A stretch of DNA of 39,202 nt from a virus (taxonomy: Duplodnaviria > Caudoviricetes): IMG/VR virus record IMGVR_UViG_3300032321_000191, positions 1-39,202 of that record, one strand, 5' to 3'. The notes under the pieces were generated by a model, which was not told where the DNA came from, did not search any database, and saw nothing but the letters and a program-made list of their open reading frames with translations. A program made the position numbers and the translations under genes. Below, one piece after another: positions 36,205-39,202 of this stretch. How positions within the stretch are numbered: position 1 is the first letter of the stretch; each line of letters begins with the position of its first letter.

Positions 36205-36636
36205 TCAGGTCTCCGTAGCGGTCAGAGACGAAGCGTTGAACTGCGGCTGAATGCCCGACGACACTACAAGCGAAGCAGTCAATGAACCCGCGTACAGGAC
36301 GTTACCCGCACCACTTGACGCGGTGCCAATTGCCACATGGGTCAAAGGCGCACCGGTCGCACCACAAGAGGGGAACTGGATCAGCGCGGCGTTGACTGCA
36401 GTGTTGGTAGAAACCGTCCAGCCCGAAGTAGTCCGCACTACCGCAATCCGCGTGTAGTTAGTGTAACTCGTCTCGTTGGTGGTCTGGCTATTGCCCGTGC
36501 CGGGGTCTGCGGTATGCAGGCTGACGTACAAATTGGTATATGGCGACGTTGCCGCATTGTCGGCCATGTTTGCCCAAGCAGTTGCATTGAAAATCAACTT
36601 GAGCAAGTTATTGCAGGTAGTTACTGACTTTGCCAT
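36205..36636 (-). CDS. Tail-associated structural protein
   Basis: LL.LIFNAT.WAN.ADNAA.SP.TNLYVSLHTADPG...Q.T.E..YT.Y.R.AV.R, I.FP, G..LY.G.L; start MAKS at 36636. Confidence 0.8.
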   Translation of the reverse strand: MAKSVTTCNNLLKLIFNATAWANMADNAATSPYTNLYVSLHTADPGTGNSQTTNETSYTNYTRIAVVRTTSGWTVSTNTAVNAALIQFPSCGATGAPLTHVAIGTASSGAGNVLYAGSLTASLVVSSGIQPQFNASSLTATET

Positions 36637-36644
36637 GATTGCCT

Positions 36645-36899
36645 TTACATATTGGTTAAGGTCTGATATTCGGAATAATTGAGGGTAAGGTAATTCGCCC
36701 AAGCAGACTCATAATCAACGTATGACGGATTATTTGATCGGTTCGCATAGAGCATTACCCCAGAAGTCGTATTAAACTTCTGCATCAACCATACACCCTC
36801 GGCAGTTACTTTGCCAACATACAGCGGATTACCATCAACCAAATTGTTGACAAAGTAATTACTTTGGGGTGGTACATAAGTAACACCGCTTACCGTCAC
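36645..36899 (-). CDS. Hypothetical virion-module protein
   Basis: YVGK....G.W...K......YA........Y..AW.N..TL.Y motif; GTG start. Confidence 0.7.
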   Translation of the reverse strand: MTVSGVTYVPPQSNYFVNNLVDGNPLYVGKVTAEGVWLMQKFNTTSGVMLYANRSNNPSYVDYESAWANYLTLNYSEYQTLTNM

Positions 36900-36902
36900 A
36901 AA

Positions 36903-37421
36903 TCACCCCAACTTCGCTTTCAACGCCTCAAGCGCTTCCTCAGCTTTTGCCTGCCGGTCTTCCATAGCCTTTACCGCGTCTTCCATCTGTGCCATCACAG
37001 CCGTATGTTCAGCTTGGGCCAAAGCAAGTTTTGCAGCGTAATCAGACTCAACCTTACTGAGTTTTTCCGTAGCCTGCTGAATTTGCTGATTTACAGCCTG
37101 AAGCTTTTTCTTTTCAGCGGCCAAGACGCCCGCCGCTGCATCTTTTGCTTTGGCTTGCTCATCCGCAATCGCGGCCAAGGTGTCACTTTTTTGGCGCTCA
37201 ATAGAATCAAGCTCGGCGTTTACGGCTACCAGACGCTTGTTGGCTTCCTCATATGCAGCGGCTACTTCCTGTTTGGCTTTTTCAAGTGCCTTATTTTGCA
37301 CTTGCATTTCTCGATCCATGTCCGACTGCTTTGCCACGGCATCCATAACCGCCGGAATAGCCTCAAGGACCGGCCCCCACAAATCTTGAAATTTACGAAG
37401 CGCACTGATATCAATAGCCAT
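36903..37421 (-). CDS. Coiled-coil protein
   Basis: SD GGGAG before ATG 37421; long Ala/Glu/Lys/Gln heptads. Confidence 0.8.
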   Translation of the reverse strand: MAIDISALRKFQDLWGPVLEAIPAVMDAVAKQSDMDREMQVQNKALEKAKQEVAAAYEEANKRLVAVNAELDSIERQKSDTLAAIADEQAKAKDAAAGVLAAEKKKLQAVNQQIQQATEKLSKVESDYAAKLALAQAEHTAVMAQMEDAVKAMEDRQAKAEEALEALKAKLG

Positions 37422-37423
37422 GA

Positions 37424-37759
37424 TTATCTCCCCGGCATCCCGGCCTGTAGCACGGTCATCGTTGCAGACCCGCTTGTCCATGCAGTTACATTAAGCCGCA
37501 CCGCTGTTACCGGGTATGCGTAGTTACCATCGAACGACGCGGTTTTGGAAGTTAGTCCGGAATTTGGATACCAAGTAGCCGTTGTGGGGTCGAAGCCCGC
37601 AGCAAACACATCGTCAAATGTATGCTGCACCGTATAGGTAAGCGACGCACCGCCCGTTACCGCAATGCCAAGCCCGATGTTAAATGGGTTGCGGTACGAG
37701 TCTGTAATGATCGGGGCCGAAACCCCGGCGGCAGTTAAAGTAACTCTAATTGGGCGCAT
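37424..37759 (-). CDS. Virion structural protein
   Basis: PFNIG, YTVQHTFDD, GNYAYPVTAVRL, Q.G; SD AGGGG. Confidence 0.8.
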   Translation of the reverse strand: MRPIRVTLTAAGVSAPIITDSYRNPFNIGLGIAVTGGASLTYTVQHTFDDVFAAGFDPTTATWYPNSGLTSKTASFDGNYAYPVTAVRLNVTAWTSGSATMTVLQAGMPGR

Positions 37760-37772
37760 CTCAGCCCCCTAA

Positions 37773-38261
37773 TCAAACGGATGCCGGAGCGGGGTTTTGG
37801 GTGCCATCAGGATTACGCTGGGCGTAAATAATCGACACAATCAAACGGCCCGCCGTCAGTGTTGCAGTGGCAACAGCAACCCGAACAAACACGTTAGTGT
37901 CGGCGGTAGTCGAGGTTTGCCAAGCAAGTTGAGTAGTAGCGGTAGCGGTGCCTTGGAATCGCCCGCCAGCCGTAGTGGCAACTGCGGCCATCAATTCGGC
38001 ACCGCCCGAAGTCGTACCAACCGAAACAGTCGTCGTGCCAGCAGTAGCAGCAACAACTTGATCCACAAAAATATTGAGGATTTGCGAGCCTTGGGGAAGA
38101 ACAAAACGAAGGCCATCGACGTTGCTAACGATAGTGCCCGTCAGGTCACCCGTGTCATACGATTGGGTAAGCGCAACAAGCCCCGTATTACGGCCATTAG
38201 CAACCGTACCAAAACGAACGGTGCCCGAGCGGAGCGGACCGGAGAAAGTCGAGAAAGACAT
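37773..38261 (-). CDS. Capsid decoration / minor capsid-like protein
   Basis: STFSGPLRSG start, LP.GSQI..I.VD; beta-rich; SD AAGGGA. Confidence 0.7.
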   Translation of the reverse strand: MSFSTFSGPLRSGTVRFGTVANGRNTGLVALTQSYDTGDLTGTIVSNVDGLRFVLPQGSQILNIFVDQVVAATAGTTTVSVGTTSGGAELMAAVATTAGGRFQGTATATTQLAWQTSTTADTNVFVRVAVATATLTAGRLIVSIIYAQRNPDGTQNPAPASV

Positions 38262-38271
38262 AATTGTTCCC

Positions 38272-38340
38272 TTATATGCGCTTATCGTCTCAGGGAGAAG
38301 TCTGCCAAGTCAGTCGATAAGCAAGTGGTCTTGGATAATC
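38272..38340 (-). ncRNA. Candidate structured 5' leader RNA (possible pseudoknot)
   Basis: Minus strand GCUUAUCG/CGAUAAGC helix (38322-38315 with 38287-38280); upstream CCAAG can pair with the enclosed CUUGG. Confidence 0.45.
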
Positions 38341-38342
38341 GG

Positions 38343-38371
38343 AACATAGCATATAAATCTTTAGGGGGCAA
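38343..38371 (-). promoter_or_regulatory. Sigma70-like promoter with extended -10
   Basis: TTGCCC (38371-38366), 17 nt ending in TGC, TATGTT (38348-38343). Confidence 0.5.
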
Positions 38372-39202
38372 TCCATAACCAACGTTTTTTACCGCAGTCA
38401 TAAATCCGTCGCGCCCCCATCAGGTAGGTCATCTCTGCTTCTGTCCGGGTATCTATGCCAGCGTCGAATATTTCATCGACCCCATGCTCATCTAACCGCT
38501 TCTGCAAACCCCCCCTTTGGTAGTGGGATTTTGGGCGTACCCCTGTTTTCTTGCTCCAAACTTGGTAATCCGGGGCTATTTCTTCGTCAAGCACAAACCC
38601 AAGCGTTGAGTACATACCCCCATCGAAGTACCGATTGTCTGAAAATGACTTTACCTGTAACGGCTTATGTTCCGTGATGAATGCTCTAAAAAGCCTAGAC
38701 GCGCCTCCTGCTACATTAACGCGGGTAGCATACCTAGCAAGAGTCCAAACACGATTCTTGGCCCCCACACCACGATCATTACTGCCAAACGAAAACCGCA
38801 TACAGGCGACAAGTTTTCCACGCCAATATAACCCGTAGTGATCCCCACTACCTGCGCCACCTTGGGGGTGGTAACGCTCATAGAAATCAGCAGCTTCTTG
38901 TGTGGTGGGCGTGCCTAACTGGCATTTACGCGCCATTAATTTACCTCGTGATTTACCTACTATATTTCGTAGCAGACGGCGGATGGCCGTACTACGCTGT
39001 TCCCACTCCGTCTCATAAACGGTAATCAGGCGGATACCCTTTTCTTTGCAGGAGATATACTTTTCAAAATGCTTGTGTTTACCTTCCTTTTCCGCCTTTG
39101 TATCTCCAAAAGAATGCCAGTACATACCGCAGTATTCAACGGCGATTTTTTGTTCTGGCAGGTAAATATCTATCTCTTTTGGCTTAAGGATCGTGCGGTC
39201 GC
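38361..39202 (-). CDS. Hef-like PD-(D/E)XK homing endonuclease (5'-truncated by window)
   Basis: Frame open to the window end: KEIDIYLPEQKIAVEYCGMYWHS, GIRLITVYE.EW, ARKC, LVACM.F, L.RYA, GGASRLF, SFSDNRY..G.MY..LGF, IYDCGK.RW. Confidence 0.82.
   Translation of the reverse strand, partial: DRTILKPKEIDIYLPEQKIAVEYCGMYWHSFGDTKAEKEGKHKHFEKYISCKEKGIRLITVYETEWEQRSTAIRRLLRNIVGKSRGKLMARKCQLGTPTTQEAADFYERYHPQGGAGSGDHYGLYWRGKLVACMRFSFGSNDRGVGAKNRVWTLARYATRVNVAGGASRLFRAFITEHKPLQVKSFSDNRYFDGGMYSTLGFVLDEEIAPDYQVWSKKTGVRPKSHYQRGGLQKRLDEHGVDEIFDAGIDTRTEAEMTYLMGARRIYDCGKKRWLWIAP

Overview
Continuous 39.2 kb segment of a tailed dsDNA phage genome. The gene content and order resemble uncultured aquatic podovirus-like phages with a probable Gram-negative host (inference). 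The + strand arm (1-9264) is the replication module: C-terminus of a family A DNA polymerase carrying an intein, PD-(D/E)XK exonuclease, HNH protein, SNF2 helicase, SSB-like protein, HTH protein and a DUF927-type primase-helicase. The converging - strand arm (9265-39202) is the virion and lysis module: a 1980-aa polyvalent/ejection protein, further internal virion proteins, tail stabilisation and adaptor proteins, a GNAT + metallophosphoesterase pair, an endolysin fused to a holin-like domain, tail fibre/spike genes, small basic proteins, two paralogous decoration-like proteins and several homing endonucleases. Most notable: (1) the polymerase intein appears dual-coding, with an HNH endonuclease in a different reading frame; (2) a probable overprinted 65-aa gene with its own Shine-Dalgarno lies inside the giant ejection protein; (3) an aromatic/Met-x-x-G-G motif recurs across five small basic or internal virion proteins, suggesting a shared processing or packaging signal; (4) the endolysin-holin fusion has a candidate internal start; (5) two structured non-coding leaders. 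No tRNA, rRNA or CRISPR array was seen. All family calls are by motif recognition, not database search.
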